Shown here: positions 42,524 to 53,809 of the stretch, piece by piece | How positions within the stretch are numbered: the first letter of the stretch is position 1 | How the letters are laid out: every line of letters starts with the position of its first letter | Source of the DNA: Cyanophora paradoxa CCMP329 | Lineage: Eukaryota; Plantae; Glaucophyta | DNA length: 64,000 nucleotides | Direction of reading: 5' to 3' | Assembly (NCBI GenBank): GCA_004431415.1 | Contig: QPMI01000010.1 | Location: 520,730-584,729 of the forward strand | Position numbers and translations under genes: made by a program | Notes under the pieces: model-generated | Seen by the model: only the letters and a program-made list of their open reading frames with translations | Databases searched by the model: none | Told to the model about the DNA's origin: nothing

Positions 42524-45500
42524 ATGTCGATGCTCGACGACCCCTGGCGCATGGCCATCCCGAATCCGGACGAGGTGCTGAACGGCGCCTTCGCGATAGA
42601 CGGGAGCCTGAGCGTGAGGGGAATTTACGCGGACGAGATAAGGCTGCGCAAGGGCGCGACCTACAGCGATTTCCTGACGTCCGTCGGTACCTTGGACGAT
42701 TACGGTGACCTCACCGCAATTATCAAGGGGCTCTGGGGCGTGACGACCGAGACGGGCGTGGACTGGAACATTATCAAGAGGGCGGCCGACGTGAAAATCG
42801 CAAACTCGGTCACCGCAAAGGATGCCACCCTGAACCTCGTGAAACTGACTCTAAAGGGCGCAGAGGGAGACGTGAGGCCCGGGTACAACGCACTCGAGCG
42901 CATCGCGGGCCCCCTGCGCCACATCTACTGGAGCCGCCAGGCGCTGCCGAGCATGGAGCCCGAGCAGTACAGGCGCGACAGGGAGGAGTTTTTCGCGTGG
43001 TTCGACCACTTCAAGGTGAACATCCGCGCCCTGAGCGCCGACAGGACGGGCGAGACGCCGGAGACGACGGGCGGGGGCCGCATCCCAACGGCACCCGACG
43101 TGCTCCCCGATCGCTCGGACTGGGCGAAGACGCAGAACTGGGCGCTGAAGGACCACTTCCACGACGAGAGGTACGCCCTCGTCAAGCACCCGCATGTGAA
43201 GGCCGACATCACGGACTGGGCGCACCGCCACCTGTACGACGACATCATCGGCGGGCCCAAGGTGCCGGGTGCGATTCCTGGTGGGGGTACGGGCGGCGGA
43301 AGCACCGGGGGTGGGGGTACAGGCACCGGGGGCGGGGGTACAGGCACCGGGGGCGGGGGTACAGGCACGGGGGGCGGAGGGGGCACGGGCGGCACGCCAG
43401 TGGGCGGGGGTGGAGGCAGCAGCAGCTCGGGTGGCGGCGGATCGGGCGGGGACGGCATGGATAAGGTAGCAGGCCTTGCCACTTCAACGGCCATCTTCGG
43501 GGGCGCCCTCATCGTAGGCGGCATCAAATACTACAAGGATCGGAAGGGGTTCGTGAGGCAAATCGACGAGCTGAACGCGAGACCCCCCATTAAATTCGAT
43601 TCCGAGGACGCGCAGCGCGAGTACTACAAACTCGAGAACGAAAAGAAGCAATGGAGCGAGCTGAAAGACAAGGAAATGACAGAGGTCGCGGAGAAGAAGG
43701 CGGAAGCGAACAAGCTGATGACAGACGCGCAAAGGCAGGAAGAGAGCGCCCTCACCGCGCTAAGGTCGGCAGAGCGCCAGGTCGCGGAAGAGCGCACGAA
43801 AATGATACTCGAAGCCGAGGAGGAGCTGAAGAGGATAAACGAGCAAAGGGAAGCCGCCAAGGCGAAAAAGCTCCAGGAAATTGAGGCGCTTACCGCGGGC
43901 ACAGAGCTGCTCGAGGCGCAGAGGAAAGAGATCGAGGATAGGAAGAAGAAATTGGAAAAGGAGGCAGAGGCAAGGAGGCAGCTGCTGGAAGAGGAAGAGG
44001 AAACGAGGAGAAAGGCAGGAGAGCTGCAAACGGGCGTGGTGCAGGAGGCGAACAGGCTCCGGGAGGAGATCAAAAATTTAAAGGAGGCGGCCGAGCGAGC
44101 AGACGAGCAGTCGAAAAAATTCAAGGCCAACGCGGACGAGCTGGCACAGAGGCTGCTCAAGTACGCGGCCACCGCAGAGGCACGCTCGCCCATGGGGACG
44201 GCCGAGACGCAGACGACGCCGAGGCCCGATCCAAGGCCGGCCGCCGAGAGGCTGCCCTTTGCGCGTCTGGGTAGGAGCGACCAGGTGGAAGAGCTCATCG
44301 GCCTCACGATCGAGGACCAGAGGGCCCTCTTCGATGCGTTAGAGCAGCGGCGCAGGGCAGACGAAGAGGCAGCCGCCAAGACAGAAGAGGAACGACTGAA
44401 GGCAATGCAAACTGCATCAGACGAGGAATTTGCACGGCTGGAGGAGCCAAAGGTTGCGGGGCGGAAGAGGGCCCTCGAGGCCTTCAAGAACGCCACCCTC
44501 GATGCTATGGGGGCAAAGATGCGAGAGCTGAAGAGGAACGAATCACGCAACGGCGAGAAAATACGAGCTCTCGGGGATGACATTCATGAATTCACATATG
44601 TGATGAACCAGCTGACAGGAAGGGGCCAGAAAGACGCCGAAGAACTGAGGAGAAAGATGGCCGATGAGAAGTGGAAAAACTTTGAGCGCAAGGCAGTTCA
44701 GAGGCCCATCAGCGATGCCATCTGGATAGCATACGGCGACGCGGAGGAGATGCACCGCGAACTGCGGACGGAAGCGAGCCTGTGGCGGGGGGCCCTCGAA
44801 TCGTCAATGTACGGGATGTACAAGCGGGAGTTTCTGGCAGAGCTGCGAGCCAATCCGAAAACGGTGAGCATCGGCGCACAGAGCGCGTACGTCGGCATGG
44901 TCAATTACGTGGAGAAGCTGAGCAAGTTTTGGGAAAAGCGAAGAGCCGTCATTCCAGCGGAGGGGCTTGCACAGTACGACGCCATGGTGCGCGATCTGGA
45001 GGCCTTTAAACGTGAGCATCCACCCGCCAAATACAAGCTTTACATAGATACAACGGCGTTCATAGGCGAACTAAGGAAGAGAGGAGACGAGGCCAAGAGT
45101 CAGATCGAGGAGCGCTACAGAAAGGCCCAAGCGGACAAGGAGTACGCAAACAGGGTGATTGAAGAGCGGAAGCAGCAGGCGAAGGAGAACGCGGCGAGAC
45201 GCAACGCCGAGATAGAAGAGCAGAGGAGGAAGATCGCAGAGCGCAAGGCGCAGAGGAGGAGGCGAGAAAAACAAAGGTAGAAACAGAGTACCAAGCCTTG
45301 AAGCGGGAGGCCAATCAAATATTAAAACGAAGGGGAAGGGCGTACGCCGATGAGGGCGCGGGCGTCGGCTTGGCCAGCCCAGACGACATCACACTCGCGG
45401 AGAGGGACGACGTTTCCGTGGAGGAGATGCGCCCGGGCACCGCCCGCCTGCCCTCCGAGGGCGTGTTTCAGACGCTCGACAGGCGCGTGATGGGCGACTC

Positions 45501-46767
45501 GGACGTTATTTTGCGCAACGCCCTGATGCCCTACGGCGACTGGAACCGCGCCACCGCCGACGCCCTTGCGGATTTCGACCTCGAGCGATTCACCACCAAA
45601 GAGCAGCGCGACGCCTACCTGGGGCGCCCGAGGGCAAGGCGGCCCGGGGTGGCCAAGGAGGCCCTCAGCGCCGAGACGCTCTTCTCGGCGGCGGGTACGG
45701 CGAACAACGACGGCATGTCTTTCGGGGCAGCCGATTTATTTCAGGGGGCGGGCATCGACTTGGTGGGCGCCGGGCTCGGGGGTACGGGCTCGCGGGCCAT
45801 GCGGCGGGCGGGCGCGGCGGCGGCGGGCCTTGGGCTGGCGACGGCCGGCGGCCTGCTCTCGGCCTACCAGGCGCTCTCGCAGGGCGAGATAGGGGAGGCG
45901 GAGTTCTTCGATACGTTCCGCGATCAGATGATCATGACGGTCGGCTCTTTTGGCCTTCAGACGGGCATGTCGTCCGCCCTAAGCGCCCTCACGAAAATGA
46001 GGATCGGCACGGTGGGCGGACTTGGCCTGTCCATCCTCGCGGGCGCCATCGCGCAGGTGATCGTGGATATTATCAACGGGCGCAGTGCGGAAGAGATCGT
46101 GAAGAACTTCTTCAAGTACCCCGTCGACTGGGCCGCCGATACCATACAGTTCATCGCGCAGCTCTCGCAACAGATCTACGACTGGGGCGTCGAGATGTGG
46201 GGCGACGAGGCGAGCCAGCTGCGCAACCGAATTAATCGGCTGGAGGGCGAGCTGGGCTCCGGATTTTTGGGGATGTACGACCCCTCGGAGGCGCGCGAAA
46301 TGGCCTCGCTCTTGGCCCAGGAGCTGCGGTTAAACGAAATTAAGGAGCCGAAGGAGCTGCAGGCTTTCATTCGCGCATTGGACAACAGCATCAACGATTA
46401 CCGTACCCCCAAAGACCAGAAGACTCTGCTCGAAATTGACAGAGCGACCGTGCTCTTCCTCTCCCAGCTCACCGTTAAAATGCAGGAGGGATTCGGGTCG
46501 ACCTCGCTCGCCCTGAGTCGGCTAATGCGCGATTTGAAGCAGATGGTGAAGGAGGAGACCAAGGGACGGAAGCGCGTCTTAATAGCCGTCTACCAGGAGG
46601 GCCTCAACAGAATCAATCACATCGAGGCATTAAGGCGAGAATTCGGCTCGGCCATCCGTCACTCGGGCGTCTCGTCGAACGGAGGGGCGCAGGTGGCCCG
46701 CCTGGCGGACGCCAACACTGGGAGCCAGAAATTAAGTTTACCATATGGTAAACTTAGGGTGTGGTAA
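42524..46767 (+). pseudogene. Large virion fibre/coiled-coil protein split by a frameshift near 45250 and truncated by an insertion at 46716
   Basis: ORF 42524..45280 (HxH fibre-like repeats, Gly linker, TM, coiled coil) continues in the -1 frame as AEEEARKTKVETEYQALKRE into ORF 45298..46767. Confidence 0.7.
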
Positions 46768-46935
46768 AGTTGTGCTGTTTGCGTTACACCACTGTAAAGT
46801 CACCAGGGTAAAGTCGCCGGGGTAAAGTCAGGGTGGTAAAGTTGTGAAAAGCGGGGTAAAGACGTCGATGTAAACTCGCCGAGGTAAAGTTGGCGAGGTA
46901 AAGACGTCGGGGTAAACTCGCCGAGGTAATGTTGG
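46716..46935. mobile_element. Putative CACTA/EnSpm transposon end with subterminal repeats
   Basis: CACTG at an abrupt coding-to-noncoding junction, the 24-bp palindrome TAAGTTTACCATATGGTAAACTTA (46733-46756), and about a dozen GTAAA(G/C) repeats. Confidence 0.6.
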
Positions 46936-48828
46936 TTTCGGTGCAGCGGTTCACTTTTTTACGTTTTTTTGCTTTTTTTTATTTTTTCTGTAAAAGCTAT
47001 CTATAGCAGCCCATCTTCAAGCGATACTGCGCGCGAGCTCTATCCTAGAGCTAGCTAATCGGTTTGATGAATGCTTCGTATTCCTGAAATCTGCAGCTGG
47101 GACGGAATTCTTCTTATTTGCGTGCGCATGCGGACTGGCGGGATGCGCACCAGCCTGGCAGGTCATTAATCAAGCTCATCTCCACCAACCTGGCTGCGGT
47201 GCGTAGTCATCTCCTCCTCGTCCGACGACAAGCCGGACTCATCCCCATCAGGAATATTTGATGCCACTGCTGCAGCTGATTTCCCTGTGGCAAGTGTGAC
47301 CAGCAGGTCCAGTGGCTCTGAACGTGATGAAGATCCTTGCTGAAGTGTCACGTCCATTGCAGTCTCCTCCTGCATCATGATGTTGCAGCAGCGACACAAG
47401 GAGAGGAGAGTTAAAGAATGAACGAACCAGGAGACGGACATTAGCGTCCTTGAAGAAGCGACCGTAATCGGCAGTCGCTCTTTCGAACTCGGGATTCTGA
47501 ACGCGATGGAGCGAAGAATCGGCTTCAAATCGGCGCGCGATCTCTGCCTCATCAGCCTCGTTCTGTCGATGCCGAGATTGCTGCTCGGCCTGCTCAGCCT
47601 GAAGCTTCTTCATGTCCTCATCATTCGAATTCTGACTGTCTTGGCTGGCTGCGTTCGACTTTGCTCTCATCTCTTCCTCCTCCAGCTGCCTCTTGTCCTT
47701 CCGCTCTTCCTTTTCGGCTTCAAAGGCGTCGCGGTACACCCATTGCTCAATGACCCAGTCACCAGGCACATGAATCTACGGAATCATGAGTCAAAGTGCT
47801 AGCCGTCCAGTATTTTCATATACTTCTTACCACGTCACTGCGACTCTTTGCCAGCAAATCGTGCAGCTTGTTGCTTGAGCCGAATCCGAGCTTATCAGCG
47901 ACCAAAGTCGGTGGCGTCGGCGAAACTCCAAGCCAGTATGCCCTGAACAAAAGACGTCAAACATGTCGCGGATTTTTGCATTATTGATGCGCAATCACAT
48001 CATATCCTGATCCGCGACTGTGTCTTTCAGAGGAGTATACACTTCCGTAGGATGGATACTCTTGAAGATCGTATTCTTGCAAGCATGGCGCGTACCTGCA
48101 TTGGAAAATCATAAACATAATGCTTGATTGCGAGAAAGACAACAATTGAATGGCGCACGACCCCCAAACATGAAATGGCCTGGCTTCGTGCGGAATCCGA
48201 GGAAAGCGGGAACAAGGAAGCCTTTCTCGGTCTTCTCCCAGTGCGTAACGAGAACGCCGCCAGGGGTCCGTTCCTCGAGTTTGTACTCCAGCCGGAGTTC
48301 AGTACGAATAGCGTCTTCTGACCAGAAGGGGGCTCGGCCTCGTGCACTTTTCCAGATCCAGATCCCGGAGATCCCGGCTGGCGGCGGGCGGCTGAAACGG
48401 GGAGTTTGACGAGGACCCGCTGATTCCGCTCCCCATTCGCCTCGTTGTGCACTTTCTGAGAGTCGAATTCCAACTCGTCTTTGAGCTTGAGAGCAGCTAG
48501 CACATCGCGACGGATTCGCTGGTCTTCCGTCTTGCTTCGCTTGGCTTTCGGAGCCTCCATCTGCGGCATATGCAAGTCAATAAGCGGCATATGCAAGTCA
48601 ATAAGCAGACATATGCAGCCGGCAAGTTTCACCCACACCGCCAATGTCGAACTGGAATTCAGCGAATCGTGATCAGCCCCCCCCCCCCCCCCCCCCCGAA
48701 AGAGAAAATCCCGAAAGAGAACCTCGAAAACCGCATGACAAAATAAGAAGTGCAAAACGCTCGCAAAGCAAAAGCGCAAAGCGGCAATTGAGACGCAAGT
48801 GAATTCGCAAATGTGACTTGAGCGACTG

Positions 48829-49509
48829 CGTCCATCTCGAACACCTAGCTGCACCGGTCAGGTTGCCGGGTTCCGGACCTGCCCGTGCACGTGTCGACTT
48901 CCTCTCTTTGCAGAGGCCCGGGCGTACGCCGTCCATCTCGAACACCTAGTTGCACCGGTCAGGTTGCCGGGTTCCGGACCTGCCCGTGCACGTGTCGACT
49001 TCCTCTCTTTGCAGAGGCCCGGGCGTACGCCGTCCATCTCGAACACCTAGCTGCACCGGTCAGGTTGCCGGGTTCCGGACCTGCCTGTGCACGTGTCGAC
49101 TTCCTCTCTTTGCAGAGGCCCGGGCGTACGCCGTCCATCTCGAACACCTAGCTGCACCGGTCAGGTTGCCGGGTTCCGGACCTGCCCGTGCACGTGTCGA
49201 CTTCCTCTTCTCTTTGCAGAGGCCGGGCGTACGCCGTCCATCTCGAACACCTAGCTGCACCGGTCAGGTTGCCGGGTTCCGGACCTGCCTGTGCACGTGT
49301 CGACTTCCTCTCTTTGCAGAGGCCCGGGCGTACGCCCTCCATCTCGAACACCTAGCTGCACCGGTCAGGTTGCCGGGTTCCGGACCTGCCCGTGCACGTG
49401 TCGACTTCCTCTCTTTGCAGTCGACTTCCTCTCTCTGCAGAGGCCCGGGCGTACGCCGTCCATCTCGAACACCTAGCTGCACCGGTCAGGTTGCCGGGTT
49501 CCGGACCTG
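48829..49509. repeat. 101-bp tandem repeat, ~6.5 copies
   Basis: The unit CGTCCATCTCGAACACCTAGCTGCACCGGTCAGGTTGCC...GGGCGTACGC repeats almost identically with no spacers. Confidence 0.95.
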
Positions 49510-52500
49510 GCTCTGTCAAAATGGCTCTGATGGTGTTGTTATCTGCAAAAACGCAAGCGCGAGAGCAATGTGCAGGCACGCTTTTGCATGAACATCTAGA
49601 TAGATGGAAAGAAGGGATGAAGAGCAAAGACAGCGTGTGAAGAGAAATTGACAGAGGGCACACGTTTTTCACAGAGGCTTCGTCACCATCATCGTCCTGA
49701 TCCCTATTCATTGGTTCATTAATGACACGCAAATTATGAGCAGCATTTATGTAAATATGTCGATTGACACGACCGAAGAAAAATTGCTCACTGATCTCTT
49801 CGAGCCTCCTTCTCCTCCCCTCCTTGTTTCCCTTGCTGGCCGCGCCAGCATGCTTGTTCCCGGCACCAGCATGCTTGTTCCCGGCACCAGCTGCAGATGC
49901 CTTGATCCTCGGCTTTTTGGAGGCGACGGCACTATTTGCTTCGGACTCGAGCTCCTCCTGCATCGGTGGATCGATTCGATTAATGGGATCGATACAATTA
50001 AGATATAACGGACGTGATGCATCAGAAGCAGGCCAGATGTTGGCTCGGATGCACTCGTGTTAGCAGTGCTCTTTTGAAGAAGATTTCCTGCCCAGAAAAT
50101 CGCTCGTTTCGCTCCGTTCGCCACTTGCATGTTCGGCTGCACCGGGACCGCAGTCATCAAAGTAGCAACGAAAACCATCTTGGAAAGACTACGTGACTTA
50201 CAACCTGCGCGGCGTCAATCAGTCCGGTTCCACGTGCTGCACACAATCCAAGAATTCTGACTGACCATCTGCACCGCGATCTCTTTTGCGACGCCTTTCT
50301 TCATGTAGAAGTATGGAATCTGTTTCTGAACCCAAGTTGGACAAACAGATGTCACGACAACCAGATCGTGGGCGCTCTGTACGGCATCGCAAAGGGCCTC
50401 GTCACGAGAACACGATTACTGGCGCTCATAAGGTAGTATTCAACGCATGCACCTCCTCCAATTCAAACAGGTTGGCCCGTACAAGCTGCGGATTGACGAA
50501 TGATAAATCCACACGGCCGACGTACAACCCTGTCCCGACTATCTCGGCTGTCGCATTCGGAGCCCCAACGTGCATCAAGTCCACCAGCTCGAACTTGTTG
50601 AAGCGCATCAGACTGTTAGGAATCGCTTCCGGTGCAGCAAGGAACGGATTCACTGCGAAACGAAATCAGGTACGTCAAGATATCGAAAAATGAACAACAA
50701 GTACTGAAGTCTCCGGGCTGATGATTTGCTTAGAGAACTTATCAACCTCTTTTGCCCGCTCGACTTCTCGTTTCTGCATGCGTTTCATCTTTTCGGGCCA
50801 TTATACAAGGTTGCGCCGTTCTGTCGCAAGAATGAGAAAACCGTGGACAGCACATTTAAGATAATGGCTGGCACACAGCCACAGTAGTCCTCCATTCCGT
50901 GGTGCGACTTTGAACAAGATATCTAACGTGACCTTTAGCCATTCCGTCACAACCTTTTCCGTGAACGGCTCCTGACGTGGTATGTCGGTGAATGATGATG
51001 ATGAGGAAAACAAAGATATGAACCGGTGCTGGATTTCCGTCTGGAACTCCTTCAGGATAAACGCCGTTTGCTGTCATTGTGCAACAGGTGTACTTGAGGG
51101 CGAGAAGGATGCGTTGAATCAGCTCTGTAGCGGACCATCGGAATTTAAAAAAGATATCATATTCCGAAAAAGCGATTCGCACTGCTGTACGATGTTTTCA
51201 TCTCAAGCCAAATGGGTTGCCCAAGTGCGTCCCAAATGGCCTGAAGATATACCATAAAATTGATACGAATAAAAGGAGACCGAGCATTGTGAATGAAGAC
51301 TCGTGGATTCTTTTCGTCGCGCCTTCCGAGGAAAGAGAAACCTGAGCGTGGTTGGGCGTTTTGCAATGGAAACTGAATGGAAATCTGAACTGAATGGTGA
51401 ATGCAAATCCGAACCATGCGTGATGGCCACGCAATCAACGCCCACAGGAAGCGCAGTGTCGTAGCTGTTTTCTCGGAGCTTCGCGAAGAGTGCAAGAAGA
51501 GCTTCACGCTGCGACACGGATTTCATCAAAAAAAATGAATCCGGTCATAAGGACATGAAGAAAGCGAACAGCCATCGCGGATGACTGGTGTCTGCGGCTC
51601 TGATATTCAACGGTCCCAATCAGAAGCCGCACTGAAGCCTCCAGCGTTGCCTTGAAGTCTACAGGGACTTGTGGACGGCCGCCGAAGATCGTGTTCGAGA
51701 CGTCTGATTGTTTTTTGTCATGCGCACGTATGTTGGTCATGTTTTGATCATGTGCGTGTGTAATTCGAAAAACGCACCAAAGACTCTCATGATATCGTCG
51801 ACAAGAGTCTGTACTTGAAGAGGCCAAAGCTCCTCTGGATCGTTCGCAGGCTGCCTGAGAACCGATGCTGTTTGTGAGAGCGTAAGTTCTTCAACGTGCG
51901 ATTGCAAACAGCAATCGAGTTCACCCCACGCATTGGCGTTACTGCGACCGCCCGAAAGGCGGTGCGCAGCGAGACCCGCGTATGAGTTCTCCTTCTCCGA
52001 CCCTCGCGGTCGGATCCATCGTTTTTGTTCTCATCGTTCTTCTGAAGGATTGCTGTCGTCGATCTGCCGACTGTATTCACGCTCTGATTCTTCAGAATCT
52101 GCGCTTCCCATCAGTTTGCGATAGCAATACACAACAGCAGGACCACATTTCGAGCAAGGGAAGCAGCGTTCGCCAAAAGCGTCATCGGCTTCCACAAAAT
52201 CAGAGGCGTAACCGGTGAAGAAGAAATTGCAGACACAAAGAAAGACAGCACCTTCAGAGGACCTCCTTTATCAGCAGTCTGAGGGCAAAGCACGACCAGA
52301 TTTTCAGGACCGGGCAGCATCGATATTCGAATGGTGAAACAACGGGAAATCACCTTCAACGAAGGAACTGCCGCTGGAATATTTTCGCCAGAGACGGTTG
52401 CTGCCTGAAAGCAACAGCAACGGCAAAGGTTTCAGCACTCGGCATCAGCATTCGAACGCTCGAATTGCTGAAGAACACCGTTTTGAAGCGGCCGCCAGAG

Positions 52501-53809
52501 GAGTTTCCGGCCTGAACATGTGAGGAGAGCTCTTAGCATCGGCTGTCAAGTCCATAAAGCGCTGGGATGCATGCACACCGCTGGAACTGGAACGGGTTCT
52601 CCGCCTTTGCTTCGGTTTCCACAGTTCGGGACCTTTCCAATAGCTGCACATGTAGTGTAAGCTGTTATACTAGCGGGGACGAGTAAGACTGCGTACATTC
52701 AACGCAAGTATTTCTGGCCAGAGTGCATCTCCTCGCCGCTTCTTGATTTTCTGCCAGAAGAGCATCAAAATTTGAAGGATCAATATCAACATCGTCTGCC
52801 AGCAAGTCACAGGAGCTGTACAGGGAATCAACCTTTCGCAACACAGCTTCGTATTTGCAAAATGAATGCGCACGTGATTGAGGCCAAGCGTAGATCGATG
52901 TCGCGAACCTCCTGAGCAGCAGCATGAAGCTCTCTTACGCTCTTCATCGCGTCTCCGAGAACAGGCGGAATGACAATTTTGCTCGATATCGGTAACACTT
53001 CGTTGGCTTCTTCGACTGCAGCTAGAAAAGCTCGTTCGACGTTAAAAAACCTGATTGGAACCACGCCCGTTGGTCTAATTGCGACGATTGCATAGAAGGA
53101 ACCTAACGTGGGCGCACGTTGTCGTATCATAGTTCATGTGCACGGCCGGAGTTCTGCACGTCCACAATCTCTGTGGAGCTAATGAAACGATTGCAACAGC
53201 GGCATATCCACAGCGTACGCGTACACATAGACCTTGTGGAGCTCATTGAACAACGCAGTCCTCCACTTGAAGACATTTGCTTTTCGTGCTACGATTACTG
53301 CGCAGGCTTGGTACCGCGGAAAAGCGCACCATAGTACAAGCATGCGCACCATTTGCACCGCTAGCTTCCGCTGGGTCGCCGGTAACGCATGCACGCCACT
53401 AGTGCTCACTGGCGGCCGCGGGCTGGCCATTGGGGCAGTCAACTCTGCGAACAGCGCTAAGTGACATTCTGTTGCTGTCTCATTGCTGCCTAGGAGCGCA
53501 TCTCATCGCCTAGGTGCGCATCTCATCGCGTCGCTGTACGGGCTTCGGAAAACTCGATCGCACTACAGCAAGACTAAGCACACTCAGAAGAGCTCAAGAT
53601 GCTTACGGATGGTCGAGATGCTCCACGCCGATGTTTTCAAACTGCGCCGTGTACCCCCGGGGGGAAGAACCTGGAGCAGCGGTGCGAACCACGCCATGCA
53701 GCGTCAGAGCGACTGCGGTGCGAATGTCAGAAGTGTCAAGGCAAGTTAGTGCGTCTGAGGTTTTCAATGCACATCAACTGCTAGCGCACACCGGATTCAG
53801 TAGCAGCGA

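Larger units (their letters stand above)
8216..46715. mobile_element. Endogenous mriyavirus-like (small Nucleocytoviricota relative) viral element; left boundary approximate, right end interrupted
   Basis: About 40 densely packed, mostly intronless ORFs including NCLDV-type MCP, A32 ATPase, VLTF3, RuvC, SSB, YqaJ, SF3 helicase and two HUH endonucleases, adjacent to intron-rich host genes. Confidence 0.88.

Noticed and set aside
8216-46715. Classification as Polinton/Maverick, PLV or virophage
   Set aside because: No pPolB, retroviral integrase or adenoviral-type protease seen. The MCP is NCLDV-type, and VLTF3, RuvC and HUH genes are present.
48829-49509. CRISPR array
   Set aside because: Contiguous identical units without spacers.
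49600-53460. Fragmentary minus-strand ORFs
   Set aside because: Probably decayed spliced TE cargo, but I recognise no motif to support a call.
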